DNA of 64,000 nt from Chrysomallon squamiferum (taxonomy: Eukaryota; Animalia; Mollusca), in NCBI GenBank assembly GCA_012295275.1, contig CM022670.1, positions 3,038,001-3,102,000 on the forward strand, given 5' to 3'. Positions 45,037 through 59,587 of this stretch are shown here, in pieces (the first letter of the stretch is position 1; the number at the start of each line of letters is the position of its first letter). Below the pieces are notes generated by a model, which worked only from the letters and a program-made list of their open reading frames with translations, had not been told where the DNA came from and did no database searches. The translations under genes were made by a program, and so were the position numbers.

Positions 45037-45554
45037 CATGCATACATACATACATACATACATACATACATACATACATACATACATACATACATACATA
45101 CATACATACATACATAAATTCATACATACATACGTACATACATACATAAAGGCAAACATGCATATATAAATACATACTGACATACGTGCATAAATACATA
45201 CATACATACATACATAGATACAAACATACATACATACATACACACATAGATATCTTCTGACAGTTTGTCTCGACCAATGTAAAATAAAAATTAAATAAAA
45301 TAGATACATTAGTGAATAAAATCAGTTTATTAACAGAATTGTGTGCAGCAACATATTAATCAAGTTCACCCAAAACAATTTAATTATAGGAATTACATTC
45401 TATCTTGATAAAAATTCTTGTAATTAAAACATCAATGTTTATTTTTAATTGTTATATATTATTCCAGAACATATCGCTAAGAAAGCATAATTCTTTTTTT
45501 CAGTCGTTTAGAAATTAATTTGTCTGGATAATCTATTTTGAGAACTGAAAAAAC

Positions 45555-45860
45555 CCTCACGCATCGCCATCGGTCTGTTATGATTCCGATTATTAATAAT
45601 TATTGCCAGACGTCATCACACGACGACAACGGGCATCCTGCAAACCACCTACTACGACGATGTCGTTTCATTCATCAGGCTGGTTCTAGACTCAGTTTCT
45701 GACTCACGCGCTGATCGTTGGAGGCGAGACTTTCCGGAGACAAAGTGGACAAGATGACGGAAGCAAACTTTCCGAATTCTGGTCAGCAGATGCATCAGTT
45801 TGATACGTCGTGTCAAACGTTGCTTCCTGTAAGCGAGCGTGGTTGACGTCGTAGTTTCTC
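45555..45860. promoter_or_regulatory. CpG-rich candidate inducible enhancer between the PH paralogs
   Basis: GACGTCA at 45609, TGACTCA (AP-1) at 45700-45706, GAGACTTTCC (kB-like) at 45726-45735, TGACGGAAG (CRE-half/ETS) at ~45755, TTGACGTC at 45843. Confidence 0.45.
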
Positions 45861-47506
45861 AGATTTCGTCTGATTTGTCTCTATGTTTAGCAAGAATACT
45901 CTTTAAATTAATTTGTTGTTTGTTTTTTTTTTTTTTTGATAGTTCATAGTGTCATCGCCTACGTCATATGTCTGGAGTTATTGAAGATAATATTTTAAAA
46001 AGCAACAAACACCAACTATATATTAATGGCAAAAAGTTTATCGGATATAGAATTTTAATGCAAGAATAATAAAATGTCAAGATTACGTTACAAAAACAGT
46101 TTGATATAAAATTTCGAGAAAATCAATTTTAATTATAAAACATTATATGAACTACTGAGTTGTACTGTTAGTATCGTCACTGTTATTGTTATTAACATCA
46201 TTATAATCATCAATATCATCGTCATCATTATTATTATTCGTAGACATAGCAGCTGCAGCAATAGCAGTAATAGTAGTAACAATAACAGTAGCATCAGTAT
46301 TGTTGATGCTTTTGCTTTATTTTCGCTTCCCTTCTCTAGGTTATTATTATTATTAGTCTATCTACTGAAAGCTTTATTGGTCGTTTAAGCATATATTTCT
46401 ATATTGTTTGATATATCCTTCTCTTTTCTTTCTCGTTTTTTACTCTTCTTTTTTCTTGTATTTATTTATTTTGTATTTGAATTTTTTCTTCTATTTTAAC
46501 AAACAACAGTCAAAATAACTGGATTGTGTTATATGTTATATTTGCATTTCATTTTCGAAACTGTTATTTACACGAGAAAAGAAATAAATAATTTTGAATA
46601 TAACCTTGACTTTTGCTTCTCCGAAGAATTACATAATCATTAAATATCGAGCAAACATCTGAATCCCCAAACCTTCAGCATATACACGTCTTTGATATTT
46701 TCAAGCACAAATTTCTGCAAGGTTAAATCTTTTTCTTTTCTTCAATCAAGGTAAAAATCTTCTTAAAATACACAAGAATTTGGCCCAAATCCGAATTTTC
46801 TCAGAGTCGCAATTTGTTTGTCGTAATATTTGATTGATCGGTGATCAAATATAATTCTGACCAACGTCATCGCTTTGAAAACAGGCGTGTTATAACAGGC
46901 ATGAGTGTATAAATATTGAAAGGATTTCAATCAAATTTGAAAATCTGCCAATTACCCGTAACACAGTTGCTAAATACTGCATTCTTTTTCAATATTATTT
47001 TGTTTGCATCAAATTCCTATCGCTTGGTCATGATGCGACATTTGGTCCTTTTCTGTTCGTCATTTTTTTTTGTTTTCTCTTTTTTTTCAGTCAGTTTTAT
47101 GACAGCCAAATGTTGCTTCCTTCAGCTGTGGTTTATTTTATTCGTCCTATTTCCTATAAAGTGTCATCCGTTCGTTTGCTTGTATGAGACTTTTTCAGTA
47201 TTGTGTGTGTTTTAACATGCGAATGAAAATACATTAGCAGAAGGACATCAGTGATGGTGTATTTATTTGAAATTTACAATAAAGTATATTTATTTCTGTA
47301 TTCATTTGTCTGCTATAATGTTGTTGTTTTGAGGGGCTTTTTTTTGTATTTATGTCGAGTTTATTTTAAATTCATGTTCTTCTATTTTTATAACTGCATT
47401 AGTGTTCCAGTGCATGCATTTTGTGTTCATGATGAATATTATTGATTTTATAATGTATTTATTTATTATGTTTTGTATTTATGTTTCATGTTTACTCTGA
47501 ATACAC

Positions 47507-47569
<63 letters not shown>

Positions 47570-48195
47570 CGTATATAAATTTTATGTTCCGTTATATTTG
47601 CTATCATATTCCAGTATATTTATTAGCTTTTGTAGCCAGATATATTTATTTTGCCTTTAAGATCAAGTATATAAATATATATATATATATATATAAACAG
47701 ATATGAATACGTAAGAATATTAAAATAATATGCTTAAGTACACGCTTTTAATTTAACGCCCAGCGTGAGCATATACAGCTATCATAAAGCGATTCTTCAG
47801 CATAAGTCTGTAGATATTGAAAATATATTATAATATAAGCAGACATCTTAACGTCTGATATGATGCGCAGTATAAAGTGCACTTATTACAGATAATCAGT
47901 GAAGCACTACAAATTCATCTATTTACAGAGCTTATCTAGCGATTTTTTCGATACTTTCTGATCGTTTAATTCGACTGTTCCTGACAGGCTTTCACGCTGT
48001 TTTTTGTCCTTCCGAGCACTGTCCGTGAGTAACAACAATTCATGTCAGACTGCACAAATGTCAGGGAAATTAGATTTAAGTGTAATTATGGTGTCATTTT
48101 GAATTATGTTACTGGACACTGTGTGACTTACAATCAGCTAGATTCGCGTGTGGGCAGTTAATTTGTTTTCTGCTTACAGATGTGATTAACTGTTT

Positions 48196-48291
<96 letters not shown>

Positions 48292-48674
48292 ACTATTTTG
48301 TTATTTACACTTCTCCTCTTCCATTTTTCTCATATTTTAACACGTACGAAGGGTATTGCACAATGAAGCACGTAAAGTAATTTTTTATATATTTTATATA
48401 ACTAATTACGTGTTGTTATTCAGGTCTGTTTATCGCTGAAATTGATATAATTTATACAAAATACGCCCACATATACACATATAACACGTGTGTCTCTCTG
48501 ATTTTAAGTGCAACATTTTATCATCACGTACAATCTATTCGACAAAAACCTGTTCCAATCTAATCTCTTGAGGAAAACTAGATCTCCACGCACAAATATG
48601 TACCTGCTTAGAAAACTACAAATGTTTGTAAAACTCGTTTAGTTTGATGTTACCGATAGCTATCTCACCTACTT

Positions 48675-48793
<119 letters not shown>

Positions 48794-49190
48794 TTTTCAT
48801 TTTCATTTTAAAAGCACAATCTCTTTATGTTCCTTTGTTTTCTCCGAATATATCTCTCACTCTTTCTGGTTTTTTTTTTCTCTCTCTTTATCTGTCTACA
48901 TCTATCTAACTACATATCCATCTATTTATCCATTTATTTGAAAACACAACATGTTTAACCAAAATATATACAGCATTAAAAAATAAGGTAAAAACACCTG
49001 ACTTAATTAAATACGAAGTTGATTCTATTTCGGAATATTTTGCCTCGAGGACTTTTTAACCTGTTTCTATTTTACTCGACATTTACTTTAAAAATGGAAT
49101 ATGTTTAAGTTTTTTTTGTTGTTGTTGCGCTTGCATCATCCACTCAGTTATCTAATAAACTAGCATTTTCATTTTAGATAAAAACAGCTC

Positions 49191-49223
<33 letters not shown>

Positions 49224-49495
49224 GTTGTTGTTGCTGTTTTCGTCGTTGCCTTTGTCCTTGTTGTTATTGAACAATCATTACTGAGATTACACTAGCAGAT
49301 TCAAATACGCTCTTCAGTTATAAAATAAATGTTACTTTAGTTCTATAGATAAAATATTTCACACGGTTAAATATCATCTTTACATAATTATATACCTGCT
49401 TAAATACGAAATGTAAACGGACATTTGAATACGTGTGTGTGTGTGATAGTATATGCATATATAGGTATGTACGTATGTATGTAACAAACACACAA

Positions 49496-49562
<67 letters not shown>

Positions 49563-50090
49563 TACTTATAGATCACATACATATTCACACAAATACACAT
49601 ACACACAGATATATAAAAATATATTGCATATGTGTGTGTGTGTGTCTATATATATATATATACTAATAATGAGAGAGAGAGAGAAAGAGAGTTACAGGCA
49701 CAGTTAATTATTTATACAACATATTCTAAATTAATTATTTACAAAATATCTATACACACTTTAACCACTATTAGCATTATCATCCAAATTATTGTTGGAG
49801 GTTTCTAAGGGAGTTAACTCTCTGGAAAAGACATATATTCAATTCTTCATGATTAACTCGCTTTTCATGCATTTTGTTCAATATGTAATGTTTGTTTTAT
49901 TCTATATTTGTCTTTCAATGAGATGAGCAACATCAGAAACTTAGTAAGACATTAAAAAGAAATAATTTGTGACAACAGACAGAAAGAGAATATCTGTGAG
50001 CAGAGTAAGAGAAGAATTAATGAAATTAGTGTATGGCGTGTTTAACTTCATTTTGTTTTTGATAGTAATAATAACAACAACAACAACAAC

Positions 50091-50144
<54 letters not shown>

Positions 50145-50291
50145 CATAAACACGAACATTACTAGTAGAATCATCTTCAACAACTATAAAACAAAAACAA
50201 AAACAAATATAAACAAGATCAAAAATGATAATGACGATAGTTATAGTGATAACGATAATGATACTGATACTACTACTACTACTACTACTAC

Positions 50292-50322
<31 letters not shown>

Positions 50323-50396
50323 AAGAAGAAGAAAAAGAAGAAGAAGAAAAGATCAAGTCAAAGATAACACATAACGAATTTGTATGTAAAGAAAAA

Positions 50397-50402
50397 TTTA
50401 TT
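50397..50402 (-). terminator. Candidate polyadenylation signal of PH gene 2 (~1.1-kb 3'UTR)
   Basis: AATAAA on minus at the boundary between UTR-like sequence and a microsatellite block. Confidence 0.35.
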
Positions 50403-50581
50403 TTGTATATAAAAAGTATCATACAAAAAGAGTATTTACAAATACTTACATTTCCGCGGTTATCTGTACACGCAAAAACGAATTCTATATACAGGTTTCA
50501 CTGGTATGTGTTACAAGAAAAATATAAAATGTTTAGCTTCTTTTCTCTTTTTTTTTTTTTTTTTTTTCAAGAAATTTTATC

Positions 50582-50645
<64 letters not shown>

Positions 50646-51512
50646 TAAAGAATATTTGTGTCAGACATTTCAAAATTTAAACTTTTATGAAAAATGCTGA
50701 TGTTAAGTCGTATCTGTTTTGAAAAGTTAAATAATATAAATCTTAATAATAAAAGAAATAATTAAAGAAAAGAAACTGAAGAATGACAGTTATAACTATG
50801 AACATAACAGTGTTATATCACAGCCCTTTAAGAAGTCAAATGATGAAGAGATGTACAGAGACTAGATCGAAAATTCTTCTTGTCTTTCGTGTATTACTAT
50901 TGTCTGTGACAAAATTCTGTGGCTCAAATTTCTTTTCATAACTGTTTCTTCATCGAAACATTTCCGAAAGCAGATTTGTCAGAGTATATGAGTTTGTGTT
51001 CTTAAAATGGTTCACTTTCTGCATGTCCAGAATGCTAAAAAGAGTTTTTTTTTTTTTTTTTTTTCACTTAATTTCTTCTACAGGATTAATTAACTGAACT
51101 TTTTAAACATGGAGTGTTTCTATGGTACTCTTTCTCTTTTAGATGGCTTCCGAAAATACGGAATGCATGAAAATGTTCATATTTTTCCATTTCTTTTCGT
51201 TTTGAAAATAAAGAACATTGTTATTTTTAACTTCTGTACTGAAAATACTGTTTTTGTTTCATTTTCTTTCTGAAACCAGAAAGCGTAAAAGTCTTTAACT
51301 TCCTTTCTCTGCTTTATTTCGAATGACGAATACTTTTAGTGTGTATTAAACATATAATACTGCTTCTGTATCAGTCTGCTTCTTGATCAGGATCTTCTGT
51401 ACAACTTATAAACCAAGAGCAGCGAAATGTTTCTTTGCATAGACATAAATCACAAAAGTTTATATGAACACAAAGTCATTTTTTTTTTTTTTAAATATAT
51501 ATATATTTATAA

Positions 51513-51983
51513 TCACTCGTCTTCATCACTTTCTTCCAGCGTCTGAAGAATGGGAGATCTCGGAATGACGGGAGACAGATTGGGAGACGAGATTCTGCTG
51601 GGAGAGCTGGGAGGACTGTCGCCCTGGAGCGCGTGGAACCAGACTGGCAGCGTCTGCTCGTCCTCGGCTTCCAGGACGATGGCGTTCCCCTCGAAGTCGT
51701 TGGAGACGATCTTCAGCTCCGAGCGCTCTCCTGGCATCACGAAGCAGTGCTTCAGACTCACGAACGTGCACCTGCTGCAGAAGACCTCGTCCTTGCTGAT
51801 AACGGCGTAGTGCTCGAAGCAGTTTCTGTAGACCTTGACGTGGACGGGGATTCTCCGCGTCTTGCTGCCGAAAGACTGGAGCAGACACATCGGACCCGCG
51901 TGGATCTCTTTCCCGTCTCGGGAGTTCTGGTAGGACGATTCTTCTGGAAGACGACAGTTGTGCAGTGACAGTAGATGCCGCAT
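51513..51983 (-). CDS. PH-fold protein 2 (156 aa), uninterrupted CDS, with SP cluster and LxxLxE acidic tail
   Basis: Kozak caccATG, strongly GC3-biased codons, PH-like end EAEDEQTLPVWFHAL, shared blocks with paralog 1 (ELKIVSNDFEG vs EIKIVSNDLEG; CSRCT vs CSKCT; LQTLEES vs LQTLVES). Confidence 0.9.
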   Translation of the reverse strand: MRHLLSLHNCRLPEESSYQNSRDGKEIHAGPMCLLQSFGSKTRRIPVHVKVYRNCFEHYAVISKDEVFCSRCTFVSLKHCFVMPGERSELKIVSNDFEGNAIVLEAEDEQTLPVWFHALQGDSPPSSPSRISSPNLSPVIPRSPILQTLEESDEDE

Positions 51984-52389
51984 GGTGAAAATATACTTTT
52001 GTCTTATTTCCTCTAATTAAAAAACAAAAAGAAATAATGATCTTGTTTCTTGAACCGGTTTCCGAATCTTTTTTGATTAAGTCCAATTTCAGAAATCTTG
52101 AAGGAAAGTTCTTTTTGTCTGGTTGGCTGTAGCCAAAGAATAGTTCTTTTATAAATGAAGTGCTTCTGTAATCGATGAGCAATGAAGTTATGAAAGAAAG
52201 GTTTGATTCAGTTTATCAATCTTCAAAGACTTATGTAACAAAAAAGTCTTCTGCCAGAATCCAAAGAAAAAGTATGTTCTAGTTACAAATGATCGGTCTT
52301 TCTTGTGGAAATATGTCTATCACAAATTCTGAATAACTGCCTGAATTTTTCCCGAGAAGAGAAAAGGAACAACAACAGCATCCAGAGAA

Positions 52390-52485
52390 GCTCTGTGGTG
52401 GAGAAACAAACTCGGCATATTTATACCATGTGGTCTTTTTCCCCAGTGGATGTTGAAGTGTTTACATTTCAATGACTGACGTTTC
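52390..52485 (-). promoter_or_regulatory. Core promoter of PH gene 2
   Basis: TATAAATA at 52425-52418, forkhead TGTTTAC at 52459-52465, TGACGT at 52477-52482; the leader 51984-52378 has no minus-strand ATG. Confidence 0.6.
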
Positions 52486-52793
52486 TTGTCCAAACATCGC
52501 TGTTTGTTTTGGTTTTTCTACGCCTTAGTTTACTCCCCATACAAAAATATTAGCAGAAAGTGTCAAAGAAACGAAACTTAAATAACGGACTAAAAAGAAA
52601 GGTATTTATTAAAGGTACACTAATCTATCTTTGTTGTAAAAGGTAACCGTGTTTGTTATAATGGGTTTGTATTGTAAACATAGACTTTGAAAACGGTTGA
52701 CATATGATGTAAGGAATCGTTTTCTGTTTGGTTAGATTATTCAAACAAATTGAATATTGTTTATTATTTATTTATTTATTTATTATTATTATT

Positions 52794-52832
<39 letters not shown>

Positions 52833-53012
52833 ACTGTTAAGATAAAATGATAAGCTCCTTTATCATGACATAGACGAACGTATGAACTAAAACACATGGC
52901 CACTAATGCCGACAACAAGTTTTATTTCCATTAACATTTGACTATTTTCCAATAAAACTAGGTAATTATATGGTTGATATTTATTCATTCTTTGTTTTTA
53001 TTTGTTTTTACA

Positions 53013-53062
53013 TTCATTCATTCAAAGAAACACAGGACATCCTTTGTTTCTAAATGAATGAA
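53013..53062. repeat. Short hairpin
   Basis: ttcattcattcaaagaaacacagga-ca-tcctttgtttctaaatgaatgaa. Confidence 0.7.
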
Positions 53063-53548
53063 TTTGAATGAAAAAAAATATAAAAAAAAAAACATTATTT
53101 AATTGAATGGTTTCTATACTATAAAATAATATGAAGAAGACAATTATGTGATAAAATAAAATTGCAACCATATTAATAATAAAAATTATTAAAAATTATT
53201 CTCCGACTATTATTACTACAATTAGTACTACTAGTCCTACTACTACTACTACTATTAATAATTATAATTATAATTATGACGATGACGATGAAAGAAGAAG
53301 AAGAAGAATAACATCATCAACAACATGAATGAAAGCACCACAAGAAGATAAGAACAGCAGTATCTTTATCAAAACGACACAACAAAAATATATTAAAATA
53401 ATAAATTTGAAAATGTTGCACTATCTGTATGTTGTAACACGTAGTAGGAAGACAATAACAAGAGGTTACGCGGGACAAAAGGAAGCGAGTTTGAGATTAG
53501 ACGTCAGGTGTGAAATCTCGCTTTATGAGCTCCGCATCTTCAACGTTG

Positions 53549-54521
53549 TTTGCTGGGTCCTGTGTGTTTGAACTGAGTTTATCGTAACAGTGACGAACAG
53601 AGTGCACAGGTTCACACAAAAACAGCACAGAACACAAGAAATGGCTGAGAAAATTGGGAAATGAAAGAAATATAATGCTTGTGTTGGAGAGAGAGAAAAA
53701 GAAAGAGTGGTGGGAGAGAGATAAAAGGGAGAGAGGTAGAAAGAGACAGACGGAGAAAAAAATAGAAAAAATAGCTACGAAACAAACTTGGTTATTCTAC
53801 ATAGTATTTATTATGGTAATAATAATTCTAAAAAATAAATAAATAAATAAATACATAAATAAGTAGATAAATAAATAATAATAACAACATCAGAACAACA
53901 ACAACAATAACTACAAGAGCAGCAACAACAACAGTAACAGAATGTAAAAGGGCAGGAGAAAAAAGAGAGAGAAAAAAATTAATATATATATATTTAAAAA
54001 AAAGAAAAAGAATATTAACAGGTCAGTATACAGAAATAGATAAATGCTGTTGAGTGAGTGAGTGCTCTGTTCGGATATATATATATATATATCTATATAT
54101 ATATATGTATGTATGTACATACGTGAAAATCAACATTAAAATAAAAACACGTATCATATTGCTCTCCTATATTAACCTTAAATCCTTCCATACCACACTA
54201 AAATTATTATCAGACACGAATCAATTGCACGTCATATTATATCACATTACGTCATATCTTAGCACTTAATATTACATCATATCGTACTATTAGATAAGAA
54301 TTAGACGTCGTCTTTATCATTATCGTCTCGGTACCAGGAAGAGGAAGTAATGATGCAAGAAACTGGAGCGGGGAGTAGGACGGGACTTTAAGATTAGCAG
54401 TCTGGTGATAAACCCGAGCTTTTCAGTCCAGCATCCTCTCATTTCTTTGCTGGGTGCCCAGTGTTTGAACGAAGTTTATCATAACAACGACAAACTAAGC
54501 GCACAGGTTCATGCAGAAACA
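53549..54521. repeat. Diverged ~75-bp direct repeat pair (53549-53624 and 54446-54521)
   Basis: tttgctgggt..gtgtttgaac..agtttatc(g/a)taaca..gac..gcacaggttca..aaaca in both copies. Confidence 0.8.
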
Positions 54522-57209
54522 TAATCCAAAACTGAACTTATAAAAAACAACAAGGAAACAACAGAAAGAATAACAGAATGTCTAGACGTACCAAAACAAA
54601 ATGACAGAGATTCCTTTGCCTTGTTCACAGTATTAGTTACAGCAAATGATAATATTTTGAAACTACCTATGGAATATTAGATAAATCACATGTTATGTTT
54701 CAATGTATGGTATTCTACGACTAAACTTATATGAAATTTTTACAAACAGCTTTACGCCAGTTCCCATTCCAATAGCTGAACAATTCCTTTTCCAGAAACT
54801 TTGTACATACTTTCATCTCTAAAGGAATAATAATTATACGTATTAAATAAATAAATAAATCCATTACATTTAATTAACTGATTGAAGTAGTCTGATGAAT
54901 TCTCATCACTATACAAGACAGCTAGGTTTGACTTTAGTAGTAAAAAGTTTTGAGGAGTCATTCAGTAAAATTTATTTCATTATCATTTCTGCTGTGTGGT
55001 AATCGATCTAACTAATGTCAAATTACAGTTGTTTTTAATTAATTTATTTATTTATTTATTTATTTATTTATATTCAGTTCAGAATTTTTCTCACAGATCA
55101 AAAATTAAGTACTTGAATATAACAGATCAAAATACAGACAGGTAACATATTTTCCTTTTGCGTGCACTTAGTTCTTAACCGTTTCTTTTCCAAACATTGA
55201 AATGTTCATCGATATAAACAAACCAAAAATATGTGTTTATATCTCTATGATTTAAGGTGGTCATGTGTACGTCCGCGTGGAAGTGTGTGTGTCTGAAAGA
55301 TCCTGAATACCAGAGTCTGTCGTAGACACCGTTTTCTTTACTCTTGGATTAGAGTGAGACATACTCAAAGTTCATGCAAGTGTCGTAAATTCAAAAGAAA
55401 TTTCTTAAATCAAAATAGAAAGTGAAAATATTTTGCACATATCGGATATAAAATGACAATCATTTTTTTTTTTTTTTACTTTTGTTCATTATGTTATTGA
55501 ATTTCCACAACCTGCACAGGTTTCAACGGAAAGACAGAGAAGTTTGAAAAAGATAGAAAGAGAAAAATGAGACAGATAGACCGATAGACTGAGAGACAGA
55601 AAGGCAGACATCCATCAAGACAGACAGACATTGAGACAGATTAATAGATAAAAAAAGAGGAACAGACACTCATAGAGAAACCAAGGAACCAAGAAATTCC
55701 AAGAAAAGACGATGGAAATGAGCTAGAAAAAAATATCTTAAAAAAAGAAAGGAGGAAAAACGAAGTAAAAGACAAAAAAACCCAAAGAATATTATTCTTT
55801 TTAGAGTTTAATTCTTCAGACAACAACAAAAACAATATATCCACACACCATCTAGCTTCTTTACCAAAGCAAACGTCCTTGTACAAAAATAACATCTTCA
55901 AAAGCAAGGCAACCAATAACACACAATACGTTTTTCTCTTAATTCAGACGGCCGCATACTTCTAATTGCTTAATTGTGACAGCAATGTTAGCACACGGCG
56001 TAACGGTTGCACAGTGGAAACAAGCTATGTCCGAAAACGCCCGCACATTTTTCTCCTGAATTTTCTGAATTTGCTCTTTTTACTAAATTGGTCTCGTTGT
56101 TGTGTTTTTTTGCAAGAGGTTTTTTAGTATATAGCGAGATTTGTTACAAGTATATTGCGAAAATGCAGATTAAGGTCAGTTATTTCTAAGAATTTTTTTA
56201 ATTATTATTTTTTTGAAAAGAGCAGTATGAACTGTTAATTTTTTTTCATATCATTCATATACGCATTACTCCGGTAAATTTATGTTTAAGAAAATTAAAA
56301 CATGAAAACGAATTATATTTATTTATAATAATGTAATTATTTAAACTACACATTACATTATATAAAATACATTATCATTATATATGCATAATGAAATTGC
56401 AATTGTTTTTCGATTAATTAAACTATAATGTTTTATACACTTTTAAACACCATCTATTTTGTAATAAAATTTAACAAAACTGATTTTCCATATATATATT
56501 GTTATTAACTGATATATCAAATACTCATAGCATTTTCAAATTTCAAATAGTTTATATAATTTTCAAATTAGCAGTCACATTACAACCCACAGTCGATAAT
56601 ATACCTTGATAAATTATATATAAATAAATAAATAATATGTATGTTTTTATTATTTTTCCTTTCTTATCTTTCTTTATATAAACATTTCGCCCAGTTCCTT
56701 CTCTTTGCATTGTGGAAATTTCTCTCACATTCTCAGCTGCAGTTTAAACTTTGATCTAAATTTCGTCAAGTATTTTAAACAAATTCATGTCTCGTAAAGG
56801 ATTCACGTGTTGTTAACCCTTTTTATCTCAAATGCAACATAAGTCTACCTTACTGTCTTGCGTGTAGAGAGTTTTTACATTTATGTTTATGAATCACATG
56901 ACATCATTAAAAAGAACAAGAAAAACAACACAAATGTACATAGACGCACACAAACATGTACAAATCTATGAAAAACTGAATTTAAATATTTTATTTCTAA
57001 ATCTAACAAATGAAATATATATTTTGTAACTCTAAAGCTATATTAAATATAAGGTGTTTTACGTGAATTTTGATCTAAAACTGAATTACCACTGAGAAAA
57101 ACATGGGGTAGAAATCAGGGTCTTCGTCATCTTCTTTTTCTTCCTTTGGTTTTCTTATCTTTTCCTTTTTTTATATTTTTCTTTATATATTTATGTGTGT
57201 ATGTGTGTA

Positions 57210-57300
<91 letters not shown>

Positions 57301-58851
57301 CAAAAAGAGAATACTAACGAGAAATCGAAAATTTATTTTGAACGAGAGACACACAGACATACAGATGTGCAAAAAGAATGAATGGAAAGAAAGGACAGAA
57401 CATGATAAAGTAAGCAAAGAGAGATGAAGCAACAAACAGAAACAAAAAGATTACACTGGTTTTTTTCTCTTTCCTTTTCGTTTTTTTTTTTTTTTTTTTT
57501 TTTTTTTCTTTCCGTTCTTTTCGTCTTTCCGGAAGACAACATTTTAAGCAGTTAATGCGAACACCCTCAGCCTGTTTACCTGAGACTTGACCTGAGATCA
57601 GCTCGGGTATTACAGTGAATGTTTTCTGATTTTACGTCCCCAGCTTACTTCCTCGAGTCACTCTTTTCAGAGAAAACAAAAAAATCCATCTAGCGATACG
57701 AAGACACAGAAACAGCTTACTCGCAGTGTTAAATGTTCACATCTTCAAATTACTTTTTAAAAATCAATTAATAATACAGTATTCTGACGTTGTAACTTCA
57801 ATCGTTTGTAACTGTACAACGTTGCCCTTCCCGAGTGTTCACGTCGAAGTTGTCACAAAGATTTTCTGACCATGGCTTAAAAATTATAGGGATAAGAGTG
57901 AGATAATCTCAAGGATTAAGTTTAATTGCTTGTTCTTTTAGAAACTAAAACCAGTTGAACCGTTAAGAAGATCCGTCCCCACCTTTTAAATAAATATTAG
58001 TCAGTGAGTAATGAGTTAAAAATATCCGACGAAAAAAGAGCTAAATTTTCTAAAACGATTGGAAGTATTAGAACCATACAAGCCGAAAAATGTTTTTCAT
58101 TTAAAATATATATCTGAAAAAAAGAAATATATATGTGTGTGCGTGTGTGTGTATGTGGGTGTGTGTGTTGTGCAAAAATATAGTTATTATGGTAAGCATA
58201 CACGCGTATACTCTCATATAATTCGTCCCCAATACACACTCGTGTATATGCATGTTTGTGTATGTATGTATATGTATGCATGTGTGTGTGTGTGTGTGTG
58301 AATGTGTACGAGTGTGTACACATATAATGTGTGTTCAAACGAAATTTCTTAAAATGAATAATGAAAGGAAAAGTAATTCTTCGTAATATATTAAACCTCT
58401 GATTCCTTGATTCATTCATTCTTTTTGTACCGTAATTCTACAACACAAAAACAAGGACGTGCTCAGACTATGAAATTCTAGTCTTTTCCAGATCTTAGTA
58501 TTATTTTTTCACCACTGCGAGTAATTCACAAGCTATTGCTTGGATTCAGTGGTGTTCCCAGCTGAAGTGAACTGTCGTGAATCCACAGAAGACTTTAAGA
58601 AACTGACAGTTCTTGTTTCATCAACTAGTTCCTGAAATGGCAAGCTAGTGTTATGCAGTACTTGATGTTAGATGAAATCATTTTCTAATACGTAATACGC
58701 ATTCTTACAACTGTAAATATATTTTATAAACATTAATGGACCGCCTCTAGCTGTCAATAAAAAAAAACAAAAAACAAGTGACAACAATATTAACGTAGTA
58801 GTGGTAGCAATAGTAGTAGCAGTAGTAGTAATAGTAGTAGTAGTGGTAGTA

Positions 58852-58888
<37 letters not shown>

Positions 58889-59556
58889 TAAATAGATCAG
58901 TAAAATAAATAATAATGTTGCTGTTGATGATGACAACAATAATAGTACTAATAATAGCAACAACGACAACAGCAACAACACAAACACATAAATATAAACA
59001 GCTCTTTCTCATTTTCCAGGAAATGCTTTCTTAATCTTCAAAATAACAAGCACAATTCTGTCTTGAATACGACAACAACATTCTCCTTTTTTTTTTCTTT
59101 TTTTTTTCGAAATTTCATATTTTATTTTCCTTTTCTGAAACTGAATATTTTGTTTTCTCCCCGGCACCTGATGTTTGCGAAGGGAAGTCTTGGGTGTCTA
59201 AAAATGTGCAAATGTCTGCAATTATTTGGACATTATTTTATTAACATGATCCTGCCAATTTTTCGGCAGTGTTGTTGAGTTGAACTGAGAATATGGGCGT
59301 CGAGGAAGAAACATTTGGAAGATTTACACGCCTGGGAACCCGATACCTCGTTACTGTGTTGACACGTGCATTTCGCATGGAAGTGAAACAAGTGCAGATT
59401 GTCGCTTGATGTCAGACAGGACATTTCCTTAAGAACGGCCGTTGTTAAAGTCTCTTTTAGTAATTTATTTAATTAAGGTTTAAATATGAAGACGAATAAT
59501 GATAATTATGATGATGGTAGTTATGATAATGAATGTAATAATAATAATAATAATAA

Positions 59557-59587
<31 letters not shown>

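Noticed and set aside
51526-52182. 218-aa overlapping ORF, plus plus-strand ORFs 51550-51810 and 51633-51968
   Set aside because: Non-ATG start for the long ORF and shadows of the GC3-rich PH CDS; no counterpart conserved in the paralog
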